Notes: generated from the sequence alone by a model not told the origin. Counted from the stretch's first letter, positions 1-12,790 are shown. The stretch: DNA of 64,000 bases from Octopus sinensis (GCF_006345805.1 NC_043006.1:5208001-5272000), one strand, 5' to 3'. Program-made: numbers and translations.

Positions 1-190
1 TTTTTCTTGATATTGTTTACCAGTTGTTAACTCACCTCGGCATGAAGCGCTTGTCACTGACCGCAACACTTATCTCATGAGAGTGGATCCGTAATGCAAA
101 TTTATAAACGTCAGCTCGTTCTCCTGGTCAAAAGAAATTTAACAAATGTGTTTGAAAACATTCTCATTGAAATTCAATTTTATAAATAAA

Positions 191-590
191 CTAGCAGTAT
201 CGCCCGGCGTTGCTCGGGTTTGTAAGGGAAATAACTATATAAGCATTTTTAGAGATGTAAAGTATAATAGCCATCTCAATATGGTTAACCACAAAGGGGG
301 GGGGGTGTTACTGTAGCTTTTTACGTTCTGAGATTTAATAATATATTTTTAGAGAGTTACTTCCCTTATATAAACCGAGCGAAAATGCATTAAAAATGCG
401 GAAAAATTATGTTAACTTTTTTTTAAATCGTAGACTCATCGTAGACGCGCGCTATAATACCCAGAAGGGCTCAATATGAATCACGACTATAAGATACCCG
501 CTTTTGGTTACACTGCACCGCAAAATGTGGGAGTAGTTAGGAATGTAAATCGTAGGAGAAGACACACAACTTCACTTCTATATATAAAGA
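191..590 (-). mobile_element. Non-autonomous Helitron (~400 bp)
   Basis: Minus strand reads A|TCTTTATATATAG...CCCGAGCAACGCCGGGCGATACTGCTAG|T: 5' TC, 3' hairpin plus CTAG, inserted between A and T with no TSD. Confidence 0.85.
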
Positions 591-806
591 TTTGATTAAT
601 TTATATCTTCACTGTGGTCTCTAAATATTGTAGATATAAGAATATGAGTACCTTCCAAGGTTTAATCAAGTCTATCAGGAAAAATAGTTTGTTCACAAAT
701 TTGTTTGTCATAGCATAGAAGAAATACAGGTCTGAATCAGCACTGCAAAGAACATATTTAAATTGTTTGTCTGTATGTCTGTCTATCGGTATCTCTTTTC
801 CTTCCA

Positions 807-1043
807 GGCGGCGAGCTGGAAGGAACGTTAGGCAGGGAGCTGGCGAAATGCTTAGCGGTGTTTCGTCTGCCGCGTTCTGAGTTCAAATTCCGCCGAGGTC
901 GACTTTGCCTTTCACTCTTTCGGGGTCAATAAATTAAGTACCAGTTACGTACTGGGGTCGATGTAATGAGACTTAATCCCTTTGCCTGTCCTTGTTTGTC
1001 CTCTCTGTGTTTAGCTCCTTGTGGGTAGTAAAGAAATAGGTAT
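807..1043 (+). mobile_element. tRNA-derived SINE family A, monomer
   Basis: Head GGCGGCGAGCTGG, B-box-like GAGTTCAAATTCC and core GCCGAGGTCGACTTTGCCTTTCA...GGGGTC shared with more than 10 copies in the window. Confidence 0.9.
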
Positions 1044-1769
1044 GTCTTTTCCTTCCCTCCTCTTCCGCCCTCTTCTCTTTCTCTCTCTCCTTCTCTCTCT
1101 CCTTCTCTCTCCCCTATCTCATTCTCTCTGTATGCGTGTGTGTGTATGCGTACGTGCGTGTGCGTGTGCCTGTGTGCGTACGCGTGTGAGCATGTGTATT
1201 CATACACGTCTTTTAGAATTCGGATCACGTTGGACACATGCGTGTATGACTATATATGTTTATGAGTGGAGCATTTGTCGATGTATGTCAATGAAAGATG
1301 TAAGGCTTCAACGAATACACCGATAAACAGGTGCGTTCCACCTAAAAATTCCTTGCAAAATTTGTTCCGTACCTTGTTGAACAGACTACACTTGGTCGCT
1401 CTCGCCATCGTAAATGCATTGAACCAATAATTGGCCAGTTAGATACCTGTAACCAAGGACTCTTTTGTTCTCAAAATGATACACAAAATGAAAAAGTCAT
1501 CATCATCAACAACAGCAACAGCACTAACCTGCATGTTAATTCCTTCAAAACCACCACCAGCAGACATCAAATCATGCTCCCCCAACATCACCTACAGTAT
1601 AAGTAAACACACGATAACTAACTCGATCACTACCTCACCCAGCAGTGACCTTTATCTTTATCATTGATTGGACGTCGAATATAATGATGCAAGAGCCAGG
1701 AAGTAAGCCGCAATTAATGACCAGTTCCAAGAATTTCTAATTACAACTTCAATCATTAGAAAACAGATA

Positions 1770-2133
1770 TACTTGTGTACCTGTGCATCCACTTACTACA
1801 TTATATGCCCCATACATTCATCACCTCACTTGTCGTCTCCAGCATGCGATGCCATGCTATGATTCCGAACTCTGTATTTCACATATAATTCGAGAACGTT
1901 TTCCCTCCTCGTCGAGACAGTATCATTACTTAAGTGATATTCTAACCCATGGCTCTTACCTCCGTTTCCACAATATACCCAGATCGGTCACTTGTTCCAG
2001 TTCTCACTGTAAAACCTGTAATCTCTTCCGTAACATCCTTAACCTTTAGGGTTTTAGAATTATTTCCTTAGCCGCAAATCGTTTCGCTTGCACATTCAAG
2101 AATGTACTTTATTGCTTACAATGCCAGCTTTAC

Positions 2134-2186
<53 letters not shown>

Positions 2187-2430
2187 TCACATACACTCAC
2201 ATACACACACACATACACACACACACACACGCACAAACACATATGTGTTGAAGGTTGCTTGATCACTTTATAATGTATGTACAATAGCACTAGATAGAGC
2301 ACTCCTATCATCATACTTTCGTGGACATTTATGACCATAATGGATACCCATCACCCACATGAGCAGCAGCTAATTTACCATTTGGTGATCTTACTACCGG
2401 CAGAACCAAAACTCAGTGCATTTTCTTCTT
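1770..2430 (+). pseudogene. Penelope-like element remnant interrupted by (CA)n
   Basis: Fragments TCSSSHCKTC, RFACTFKNVLYCLQC and EQQLIYHL resemble PLE motifs CxxxRCxTC, FTCxSxNVxYxIxC and EQxLIFxLG. Confidence 0.55.
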
Positions 2431-3467
2431 TTACCGGCAATGACTTTTGAATAACTCACTTGTTATGTTCTTGAATAACCCGCTTATGCTTTTCTCTCAG
2501 ATTTTTTTTCTGATTTAAAAATTTTCTTTTTATGAACAAAAATTTATGATATCTATCCTTATTTCGTTATAATTAACAACAGAAAATACGTTACGGAAAC
2601 TATAGCACGTAGAAATATACTTGAAGCAATGCGCAATGGCGTTCGTTTCGATTTTTACTAAAATGAGGTGAGGTAGGTTCTACTAAGGAGTTGCTAACTG
2701 GTGGTAATAAGAAATGGAAACTGTATTTAGATAATGCGAAACATTGATACCATTTTTCCTACTTGTCCTAATAACAAAATTTATTGTCGTTATTTCTTTA
2801 CTTTTAAAAGTTTTTATTTGATAAAGTAACACTTGCGTATATTTTCGTTATTAATCTTATTTAGCTCTAGCTTTGTAAAGCTATACAGGATTAAATCTCT
2901 GAGATTAAAGAGAAGGAAAATTTGGCAAATATTTTCGGATAGAAACTTGTAGCCAGGGCACAATAAAGAAAAGAAAGAAAATGTTACAATCAAAGAACGA
3001 TTGCAAATAATTACTCACCAAAGCAAGAACCTTGGTGTAACGGTGTGTTAAGGACCCAGGAAACAAATATAGAGAATTCCTTGTACAAAAAATAATGAAA
3101 TTGTACAAAAACAGCAACAATTCACGTAAAGAAGCAAAAATAGTTTCCTTTAATTGAAAAGACTACAGCTTCACATAAGAAGTTTCTTTACTCAAGTCGC
3201 TTAAGAAAGCTGAAGCTCAGTTACTCTTAAGTAGTTGGTATAAATATGAGACGCCCCCGCCTCATAATCCTTATATGGGCAATTCAAGGCAGAGCAATAG
3301 AAATATTGGGTAAACATCACATCAGATTAACCAATGAACTCGATTATGGAAAAGCATTAAAAAGAAGTAATTAAGACATCATATAACTGAGGCAGGTTCA
3401 ATTCTCACCAAGTACTCATATTTTATTCTTTTATCACTTTTATCACACACACATAAAACAAAAAAAA

Positions 3468-3702
3468 ATAGATGCGCCCTTTATTAAAGCCTTGCCAGGC
3501 TCATGGTTTCTATGGCGTGTTCCCCAGCTGGACGGGACGCCAGTCCATCGCAGCGTTAATCATTTTTGCCAGCCGTGTGGACTGGAGCAACGTGAGATGA
3601 AGTGTTTTGCTCAAGAACACAACGGGTCGCCCGTTCCAGGAATCGAATCCACAATCTTACAATCATGATGCTAACACCCTAACCACTTAGCTACGCGCCT
3701 CC
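3468..3702 (-). mobile_element. SINE family D
   Basis: Reverse-complement match to 43016-43259. Confidence 0.88.
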
Positions 3703-4290
3703 GCAATATCAACATATAGTCATCTTTTAATCCTAGTTTATCTTCTCCCATAAAGAAATTTGTGTAATTTTTGAGTTGATACATTTGAAATCAGAACAAA
3801 TTGGGCCTTTTTTGCGGCGCGACAAGACAAGTGCAAATGAAAGAAATTCTTCGGCTGGTAAAAATATTACGATGATAGTTTCTAAAAATAGGATCTGAAA
3901 ATGACATTTTGGATTCTTATGTTCCTCATTGCAAATGGCCCACCAACACGTCAACATACAGCCCATTCGTACCAGGTCCTCACTTTTAATTCTGCTATTT
4001 CTTTTTTAATGTGCCATTTGGGGTTGCACTCTCACATAGTTTTAAAAAATATAAATACATATTTGTCACTCTATCCTAGAATATCCATCACCCCCGCAAA
4101 AGAAAAATAATAAACAATGTAATTTAGTATTTTGTTTTGTCTAAAATATTCCCCAAGACGTTGACACAAATCTCTCTACAATCATAAAAAAGGGGATTTT
4201 TTTTTTATCTAAAGTGGAATGAAAGCTAAAATGATTTAGAATTTCTGCTGCGAAACCGCTGAGTTATTTATTAATCTAAGCAGAGGCTGA

Positions 4291-4383
<93 letters not shown>

Positions 4384-5051
4384 GTGTATATGTGTATGTA
4401 TGTATGCAAAAATATATATATGCACACACACACACGCACATATTAATGAAGAGAAGCAGAGGGAGAGAGACAGAGCGGGAAAAGAGAGAAAGGGCTGTAT
4501 GGTAAAGCTATGTGCATATATATTCAGTAAACGCATACTTTCAGCCTCATTTAGCTCCATGCAAATATATATATACCGTAAAATATCCAAAAGCTACCAT
4601 TTTCTCTATAGCCAGAAAAATTGGAAACCATAATGCAATGAGCAGTCAAAAATCACTGAAACTAATCGGGTCGATTCCTTTTTCTGCTAAAAGACAAACA
4701 TTTAGACTTGATCACAGTGCCTATTGTTTATACCAAGGTTAAAATTTATGTCTGGTAAAACACATGCTTATAAGTTTACCTTATATCAGCATTGAGCTTA
4801 ACGTTGTGCTCCTCTTCAACTAATTGATTCTATTACCAATTAGTAATGCTATTATTCTTCTTCTTGCCAATACTGAAGAATTTACTTCTCTCTAGATTTG
4901 TATGTAGTTATCAGTTGCTTTCTTCGACGAAACGAAAAAGGGAGTCATCAGTCTCTGTTGAAACGGTGAACAAAGTTGAAACTATTCAAACTGATGTGTG
5001 TGTGGGGGGGGGGTATATGTATGTATATATGTATGTGAATATATGTATGTG

Positions 5052-5091
<40 letters not shown>

Positions 5092-5270
5092 CTTTAACTT
5101 GTTTTAGTCATTTGACTGCAGCCATGCTGGAGCACCGCCTAATATATATATATATATATATATATATAAGGGCAAAAGAAAAATTCTAATGCCTTAACCT
5201 TTAAAGGTATTTTTTGATATGCTGGCCATTGATGGAATTTTTTTCCCGAAAAAATTTTTTATCCTACATT

Positions 5271-5310
<40 letters not shown>

Positions 5311-5323
5311 ACACACACACACA

Positions 5324-5361
<38 letters not shown>

Positions 5362-5489
5362 TATATATACATATATATATATATGCTCATATATATATAT
5401 ATATGCATATATTTGCAAAATACTCGGGAGTCTCTTCTTATAGTAGAAGAAGTGGCTAAGGTTCTTTGGCTGCTATTTCTAAACTTCGG

Positions 5490-5525
<36 letters not shown>

Positions 5526-6547
5526 ATATATATATGGAATAGTATACAATCACCCGATCACCGGTAGCCATCTAATTCGTAGAGTCTCATCTGGCATTTT
5601 GAAATTCACTTCTTATTACATTAAAAGGCTTTTATTTGCATAAAACATCTAATTAGACAAACTGTAGTTAAACATTCAGAAACACATTAATTCTCATCAC
5701 GTGTATTTAAAAAAAAAACAAAAAAACTTGAAAGTTATGAAATACACTCGCCTACTCCCCCCGCCCCTCCCTCCCCCTATCTCACTGTCATATAGCTTGA
5801 TGCACATACTTACACACGCATTTGTGTTTCTATCAAGATTGCATAGCGCCACTGATACAGCTAAAATTGTACGCATGCGCTTCTACACACATAAGCGTAT
5901 GTCCACAAATATATTCACGTACATAAACATATTCTGAAATTCTCACACACGCACGCACGCACGCACACAGATACCATAGCTAAATACACATGTACATGCA
6001 CAACATCAACAAGACGTGCTAATACAGACGGGGGCCAAGTTCAACAGTAAGAAGCCATTAATCAAAGACAGATGAAGTAAGTTGCCGAGAAAAAATAAAT
6101 GTGTTTTGTTGCTTTCTTCTGTATTTCGTGTAAATAGTAGGTTAGTTGTATAATGAATAATGGAATGGATTTGAGGCACGCACAAGAGTATGTCTGGCAA
6201 CACAGGGAGGACACGGTCATTGCGCTGCGGAAGTAAACAGCACCGCACCAGATCCTTTGTGGTAACCAGTACAAGATGACATATCATGATAGATAGTTCC
6301 TGATGTCAGCAACTTGCCATTAAGGCAAACGTTTTCGAAGAGGAAAAAAAACGACTGGACGAAGAAAATGGGAACGCACACTCTCACACGTACTTACACC
6401 CGCATACATATATCATGTGCATCGTGTGCGTGCGTCTCTCTCTCTCTCTCTCTCTCTGTATATATATGTATATATTTATAATCAAAATAAGCAACAAGGG
6501 TATCCAAGGTAGAGTAGTACAATTGTTTCATGCTACTTCATTTTATT

Positions 6548-6622
6548 AAAATTTAGATTCATCCTGAATCTAAATTTTGCTGAACTTATATATATATATA
6601 TATATATTATATTATATATATA

Positions 6623-6678
<56 letters not shown>

Positions 6679-6722
6679 GAGTGTATTTTTACCTTGTTAA
6701 CAATTAACAAGGTAAAAATACA
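6548..6722. repeat. Two perfect DNA hairpins flanking a (TA)n tract
   Basis: 14-bp arms at 6548-6578 (loop TCC) and 19-bp arms at 6682-6722 (loop CAA). Confidence 0.9.
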
Positions 6723-6987
6723 AACCCTACTCTTTCTGTTAACTACTTATGACGTTATATCATATAACGTTTTTTTAAACAATATTAATAGCGTTCTGTC
6801 TATCGCTATACAAATCCATCACTTTTTGCTAAAATGTCTTATTGACGAGTTTCGTTTTTTTCAATTTCCTGAGGAGAAGATTGCATTGTTTATACCATTT
6901 ATTCTTTTGAATAGTATCAGTGGAATTTTCGAAACATGTGTCGAAAGTAAAAATATTTGATTACACCTTCGTTAACTCCATTTTTTA

Positions 6988-7048
<61 letters not shown>

Positions 7049-7125
7049 TATATATATCCACGCACATACACACACACACATATATATCATGTGTATATAT
7101 GTGTGTGTGTCTATGTGTGTATATA

Positions 7126-7350
7126 TCTATTATATAAAATCTGTTCTGTCTGTGTGTGTGCGTGTGTCTTCTAGGATATCGGGCATCCTCCATCCGATTG
7201 CGCTCAAATTTGATATGTAGATACCAACGATATCAGGGCGTGTATAAGTCTCGAAAAAATTACAAAAATCGATTCCAGGTGAGAATGCGATCCATAAAGC
7301 CGTGGGAACGTGCTTTTCTTCCGTCAACATGTACATAACAGCACCTTCCA
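7126..7350 (+). mobile_element. Helitron-like 5' fragment
   Basis: A|TCTATTATATAAAA, then a (TG)-rich stretch and CCGATTGCGCTCAAATTTGAT, the same layout as the 5' end of 8169 (CCGATTCTGTTGAAACTTGAC). No CTAG end found. Confidence 0.45.
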
Positions 7351-8168
7351 TTTTTTGTTGTTTTTGTACTGCTTAAAGGCACGTTTCTTTCCTGCCATGC
7401 TTACTGTTTAAACCATGTTTGTGTTCTCCCAGTCAACAGCCTTATCATTACTGGTACTTTAAACTCTTCGGTTGCATATTTGTGTGAATAAAATCGTTTT
7501 TCTTTGGGATAGAAGAAAAGTCTATCTTTATTTCTTCTTTTGCTGGTGTCTCAAATTTAGGTTAAATCAGTGTTTCTCAAAGGGGAGGCCTATGGGACGG
7601 TCGGACAAGTTGTTTTGAGAAAATTTGGTTTAAATATTTGACAACTCAGCACCGTCCATTGGACGGGGGGGGGCGTTTTGCTCGTATATATATACACACA
7701 CACACACGCACACATACACACATGTATGCATACACACACATACACACAATCAAACACACACACATACTCACGCATGCACACATGTATGCATACACACACA
7801 TACACACAATCAAACACACACACATACACTCACGCATGCACACACTTATATATATGAAATATACATGAAACTCAGTTTCAATTTTCATTTGGGTTGGTTT
7901 GGCTTTTTCCTTTATTTTACGGGTACAGAAACAGTTCCTTCGTTTCCGTTTCATTCCTTTCCTTTTCATTGCATGTAATTTTCATTCTACTCCTCCAGTC
8001 ATCAGGTAGACGAGATTCTAAACTAACGTTTCATTTTTAAAAAATATTTTGTTTAATAGTTTTGAGATTCAATATCAGAGTTTCAAAGATCAAGATGAAA
8101 ATGAAAAGTGATTTATCAAATTGTCTTCAAAACGAGAAGGTTGGAACAGAAACTACGAATCAGTTTAA

Positions 8169-8553
8169 TCTCTCTATATATAAACGGCAGTTTGTCTGTG
8201 TGTGTTTCTGTGTGTCTGTTAGGTTGTACCCTCACCCTGACCACGGCTTTCAACCGATTCTGTTGAAACTTGACACACACATAGCCCAATGTCATAATTC
8301 AAAACTAACGCAGCGAAAATTTTGAAAAGTTCCCCCAGTTCTGAAAAAAATCGATAAATTCGACATGGGGTCGAGAATCAGAAACACAAACCACAGACTG
8401 TCTAGGGGACGTAACTCCACCTTTTTAACTCTCAAAAATAAATTTACCATAATTTTTTTTCCACTTTTTTGCTATTTTTTGGCTATAACTCTCTAAAAAT
8501 GCTTTATAGTTATTTCCCTTACAAACCCGAGCAACGCCGGGCGATACTGCTAG
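8169..8553 (+). mobile_element. Non-autonomous Helitron (~385 bp)
   Basis: A|TCTCTCTATATATAAA...CCCGAGCAACGCCGGGCGATACTGCTAG|T. The last ~65 bp are nearly identical to the 191-590 element. Confidence 0.85.
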
Positions 8554-8740
8554 TATGTTATATTCTTCTGGATACAAAATAAAGCTTATTATTACAACAG
8601 CAACCGCATGGCTTTGTAGTTAGACGCTCGCTTTGCAATCACATGATTTCGAGTTCAGTTCCACTCTATGGCACATTGGTCAAGCGATTGTTGCCTTGCA
8701 AGTGAATCTGGTAGACGGAAATTGTATGAAAGCTCGTCAG

Positions 8741-9517
8741 ACGCTATAAAGCTAAATGTACAAATACATGTATATAAATATGAACAAACATTTGTTGTTT
8801 TTTTTTTGTAAGCTTCGAAGTGGGTAATGTAAGATGCAAATAAGATGATAATTTATATTCGAACGCAGATGCGCCGTTAGATCACCAGAATTATTGGGTA
8901 AATTACCCTTACAAAGCGGAAAAATTTGCAACAACCAGCCATAGGATTCGAACCCACATCTCTTGAAGACTCCGGTCTAGTGCTTTACCATGAAGGTAAA
9001 CTACCTGCTGACAAAGGGATCCACAATTTTAGATGCTATAAAGCTAAATGTACAACTAGGTGTATAGAAATATAGACAAACTAACATTTTTGTTAAGTGT
9101 CGAAATATGCTCTTGGCCAGAGACATCAAGGGATGCGGGTTAGAGTCCTATGGCTGGTTGTTAACAAATTTTTCCACTTCGTAAGGATAATTTATCCAAT
9201 ATTACTGCTGCTCTAAGGGCGTTTTGTGTTCAAAACTAAATTGTCATCTTATTTCTATCTTACAATACGCATTTCGAAGCTTAAAAGATCAAAACAAATG
9301 TTTGTTTTTATTCATATACACGTAGTTGTATATTTAGCTTTATAGTGTCTAAAATTGCGGATTGACTGGTCAGCGATAGTTTAGCTTAATGGTAAAGTAC
9401 TGGCCAGAGTCTTCAAGGAATGTGGATTCAAGTCCCATGTCTGGTTGTTGACAATTTTTTCCACATTGTAAGGGGGTAATTCACCCAATATATCTCTGCT
9501 GTTCTAACGGCGTTTTT
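8741..9517. repeat. ~290-bp tRNA-containing tandem repeat arranged as a head-to-head inversion
   Basis: Minus array 8741-9110 (period 292) and plus array ~9112-9517 (period 287); A box TAGCTTAATGG 9382-9392, B boxes at 9424-9435 and 8944-8954. Confidence 0.8.
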
Positions 9518-9544
9518 ATCATGTGTATATATATATTATCATGT

Positions 9545-9782
9545 GCGCCCCTTTAAAGCCTAGCCAGGCTTATGGGCCCGGTTTCCCGGTTTCAATGGCG
9601 TATGTGTCCCCCCGCCCCAGCTGGACGGGACGCCAGTCCATAGCAGCATTACTCATTTTTGCCAGCTGAGTGGAAATGAAGTGTTTTGCTCAAAAACACA
9701 ATGCGTCGCCCGGTCCAGGAATCGAAACCACAATCTTACGATCATGATGCTGACACCCTAACCACCAAGTCACGCGCATCCA
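9545..9782 (-). mobile_element. SINE family D
   Basis: Reverse-complement match to 43016-43259. Confidence 0.88.
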
Positions 9783-9806
9783 CATCATCATCATGTGTGT
9801 GTGTAC

Positions 9807-9870
<64 letters not shown>

Positions 9871-9872
<2 letters not shown>

Positions 9873-10175
9873 AGGCGCAATGGCCCAGTGGTTAGCGCAG
9901 CAGACTCGCGGTCGGAGGATCACGGTTTCGATTCCCAGACCGGGCGTTGTGTGTGTTTATTGAGCGAAAACACCTAAAAGCTCCACAAAGCTCCGGCAGG
10001 GGGTGGTGATCCCTGCTGTACTCTTTCACCACTCTTTCTCTCACTCTTTCTTCTGTTGGCCTGCTCGCTTAGCCAGCGGGGTGGCATCGTTCGAAGGCTA
10101 AAACAATGCAAACGCATTGTGACCAGCGATGTGTAGCAACATCTGATGGTCTGGTCGGTCACGTGATCACGTGAT
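9871..10175 (+). mobile_element. SINE family C (tRNA head, GTGATCAC-type tail)
   Basis: A box TGGCCCAGTGG, B box GGTTTCGATTCC; three near-identical copies in the window. Confidence 0.9.
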
Positions 10176-10412
10176 ACTATCTTGTTCCTCCTCACTACTT
10201 ATACTCTTATACTATCTTGTTCCTCCTCACTACTACGAAACTCTATAAAATGACCAAATTCCCCACAAAGTAATTGATTTGATTTGAAAACCCCACTGGA
10301 ATGGGAGAAAGCGCTAATAATCTGAATGATATGATATATATATGTAAAAAATGTAATATATAAATAAATATCTATAAACATGAACCATCCGATCTTCTGA
10401 TTACCTCATTTC

Positions 10413-10449
<37 letters not shown>

Positions 10450-10787
10450 GTCCACACGTCCAAAGAGAGCAATAGAATATGTACCTAAGTACACGATTTA
10501 AAAAACAAAAAGAGCAGTGGCATCGAATTATCCGAATAAATTATTGAAGGTGTCGTTCCGGCATGGCTGCAGTCCAATGGCTAAAACATTTAAGAGATAA
10601 TATACACACACATAGCACACGATAATCGTATTTATTATTCCTATTTCAATAAATAATGGTTAAAATCTTGTATATTCTTTCATTGATTCTATTAAAAACA
10701 TATCTTACACTTTGTTTCCCGTTTTACACGGATTTGATTTGCACAGTTACTCACGGAACCAACCTACTTGTGTAAGCCGATGTATAT

Positions 10788-11017
10788 TTATTTCTTTACT
10801 ACCCACAAGGGGCTAAACGCAGAGAGGACAAACAAGGACAGACAAACGGATTAAGTCGATTATATAGCTCCCAGTGCGTAACTGGTACTTATTTAATCGA
10901 CCCCGAAAGGATGAAAGGCAAAGTCGACCTCGGCGGAATTTGAACTCAGAACGTAACGGCAGACGAAATACGGCTACGCATTTCGCCCGGCGTGCTAACG
11001 TTTCTGCCAGCTCGCCG
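10788..11017 (-). mobile_element. SINE family A, monomer
   Basis: Reverse-complement match to family A. Confidence 0.9.
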
Positions 11018-11585
11018 ATGTATATTTGCATGTGTGTGTGTGTGTGTGCGTACACACATACAAATACATGCATACACGAGTATTTGGAGGGAGAGAGAAA
11101 GGAAAGTGGAGAGAGTTAGAGATAGAAAGTAAAACAGGAGAAGACAAAGTAAATAAGCTGAACAATACGGTATGTGATTTGTCTCAATATATCTTGATAG
11201 ATAGAGCAACACGTACTTAGTTTTCCTGTGAAATAAGATCCCGTGGATCAGGCCTCGGACTTTGTTTTTCAGCAGCTGATAAGAAAGATGGAACAGAATT
11301 CTTGGACGTTTTACAATGCCCTTAATAATACATAAGCTCTAACCACGTGATCTCACAACACCACTATATACATACATGCATGCATACATACATACATACA
11401 TACATACATACATACATACATACATACATACATACATACATACATACATACATACATAATATGTCCACACACACACACACATATTTACATATATATATTT
11501 GTTCGGCTTTAATAAAAATATGTATTACTCTACCTTTGGTAATTGAGTACTATTTATATATATATATACCGGAGTAAACACATAA

Positions 11586-11639
<54 letters not shown>

Positions 11640-11996
11640 TATATATGTAGTTGATGACTGAAGTTATAAAGAACACATAGAGAACTTCTAAACTTTATTA
11701 ACTTACAAAGATCAGTAACGATTGCGTTTAATGTTAAAAATTATACAAAACGCATTTCAGACAAGCGCACAACCGTCCTTAATATATTTGTCTGTGTTTG
11801 TGAGTGTATAGTAACTGATTATGTGTATGTGCTACGCGTACATACATACGCTACAAATATACACACTGACAGACGTGCGCACACATATGTATATAAATAT
11901 AGACATATGTGTATCCGTATACATGCATACATACACTCATACATACATGCATTCATACTTACACGCATATACATTCAAAAATATATGTCTGTATTC

Positions 11997-12047
<51 letters not shown>

Positions 12048-12529
12048 CATTCTTACATACAAGCATATACATAACCATATCCTTATATATATATGTGTGA
12101 TGGGTGAGAATTAACAGGAAAAACGATTATTCGCCTAGTGTGGAAAATTACTTACTGCAGCACCTGCCTTACCGTTCCTAACTGCCAGGTGCCTCTCTTC
12201 CCAGTCTGTGCACTAAACTACTTCGTAGAGCCATCCCTCTTTAAAACCCAACTGATCTTCACTTAGCAGGCATTATCCATCACCGTTGCTTTTTCTTTAG
12301 AAGATATGGACACTACACAGAGCCGATGGAAAAAACTAAAAAATGACCACTGTAATTCATTGTCTCCTTTCATTTGCATTTAGTCATAATTTGTTGTTCA
12401 CTAAATTGACTGCCCAAGTGTAGATATGGTTGTGTGTTTACGAAATTTGTTTCATAAGAACGGGCTTTCGAGTTCGGTTGTGCTGCATAGTACCTTGCGT
12501 AAATGGCACAAACCCATCGTATATATATA

Positions 12530-12743
12530 GTTAATCCAAACATGAAAACACAAAGAAAAAGCACAACAACGCGAGGACGTGGAACAAGTATAGTGCTTTT
12601 GGACGCATAGGAAAGGAAAGAAAAAAGGAGGATTTAACGTTTCGAGCGGAGCTCTTCGTCAGAAACATAGGAAAAGGAAAGATCCAAGAAAGAGAAGACG
12701 GAGGAAAAAAAATCGCCAACGGTACACACGCGGTCGGTCACAT
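12530..12743 (-). mobile_element. Family E ~205-bp hammerhead-bearing element (PLE pseudo-LTR-like)
   Basis: Matches 15114-15316 and 27290-27498; contains CTGACGA-A-GAGC-TCC-GCTC-GAAAC-GTT; 3' end GGATTAAC abuts a microsatellite. Confidence 0.8.
12632..12666 (-). ncRNA. Minimal type I hammerhead ribozyme motif (family E)
   Basis: GUUU CUGACGA A GAGC UCC GCUC GAAAC GUU AAAU: stem I 4 bp with one G-U, stem II 4 bp, palindromic AACGUU in stem III. Confidence 0.6.
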
Positions 12744-12744
12744 T

Positions 12745-12790
<46 letters not shown>

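Noticed and set aside
7568-7625. CAGTGTTTCTCAAA, resembling a hAT/Charlie terminus
   Set aside because: No convincing matching opposite terminus or 8-bp TSD.
10174-10234. 26-bp direct repeat next to a SINE C tail (similar small duplications near 20444, 21663, 51347, 58171)
   Set aside because: Only two copies each; ordinary slippage or insertion scars, not CRISPR-like arrays.
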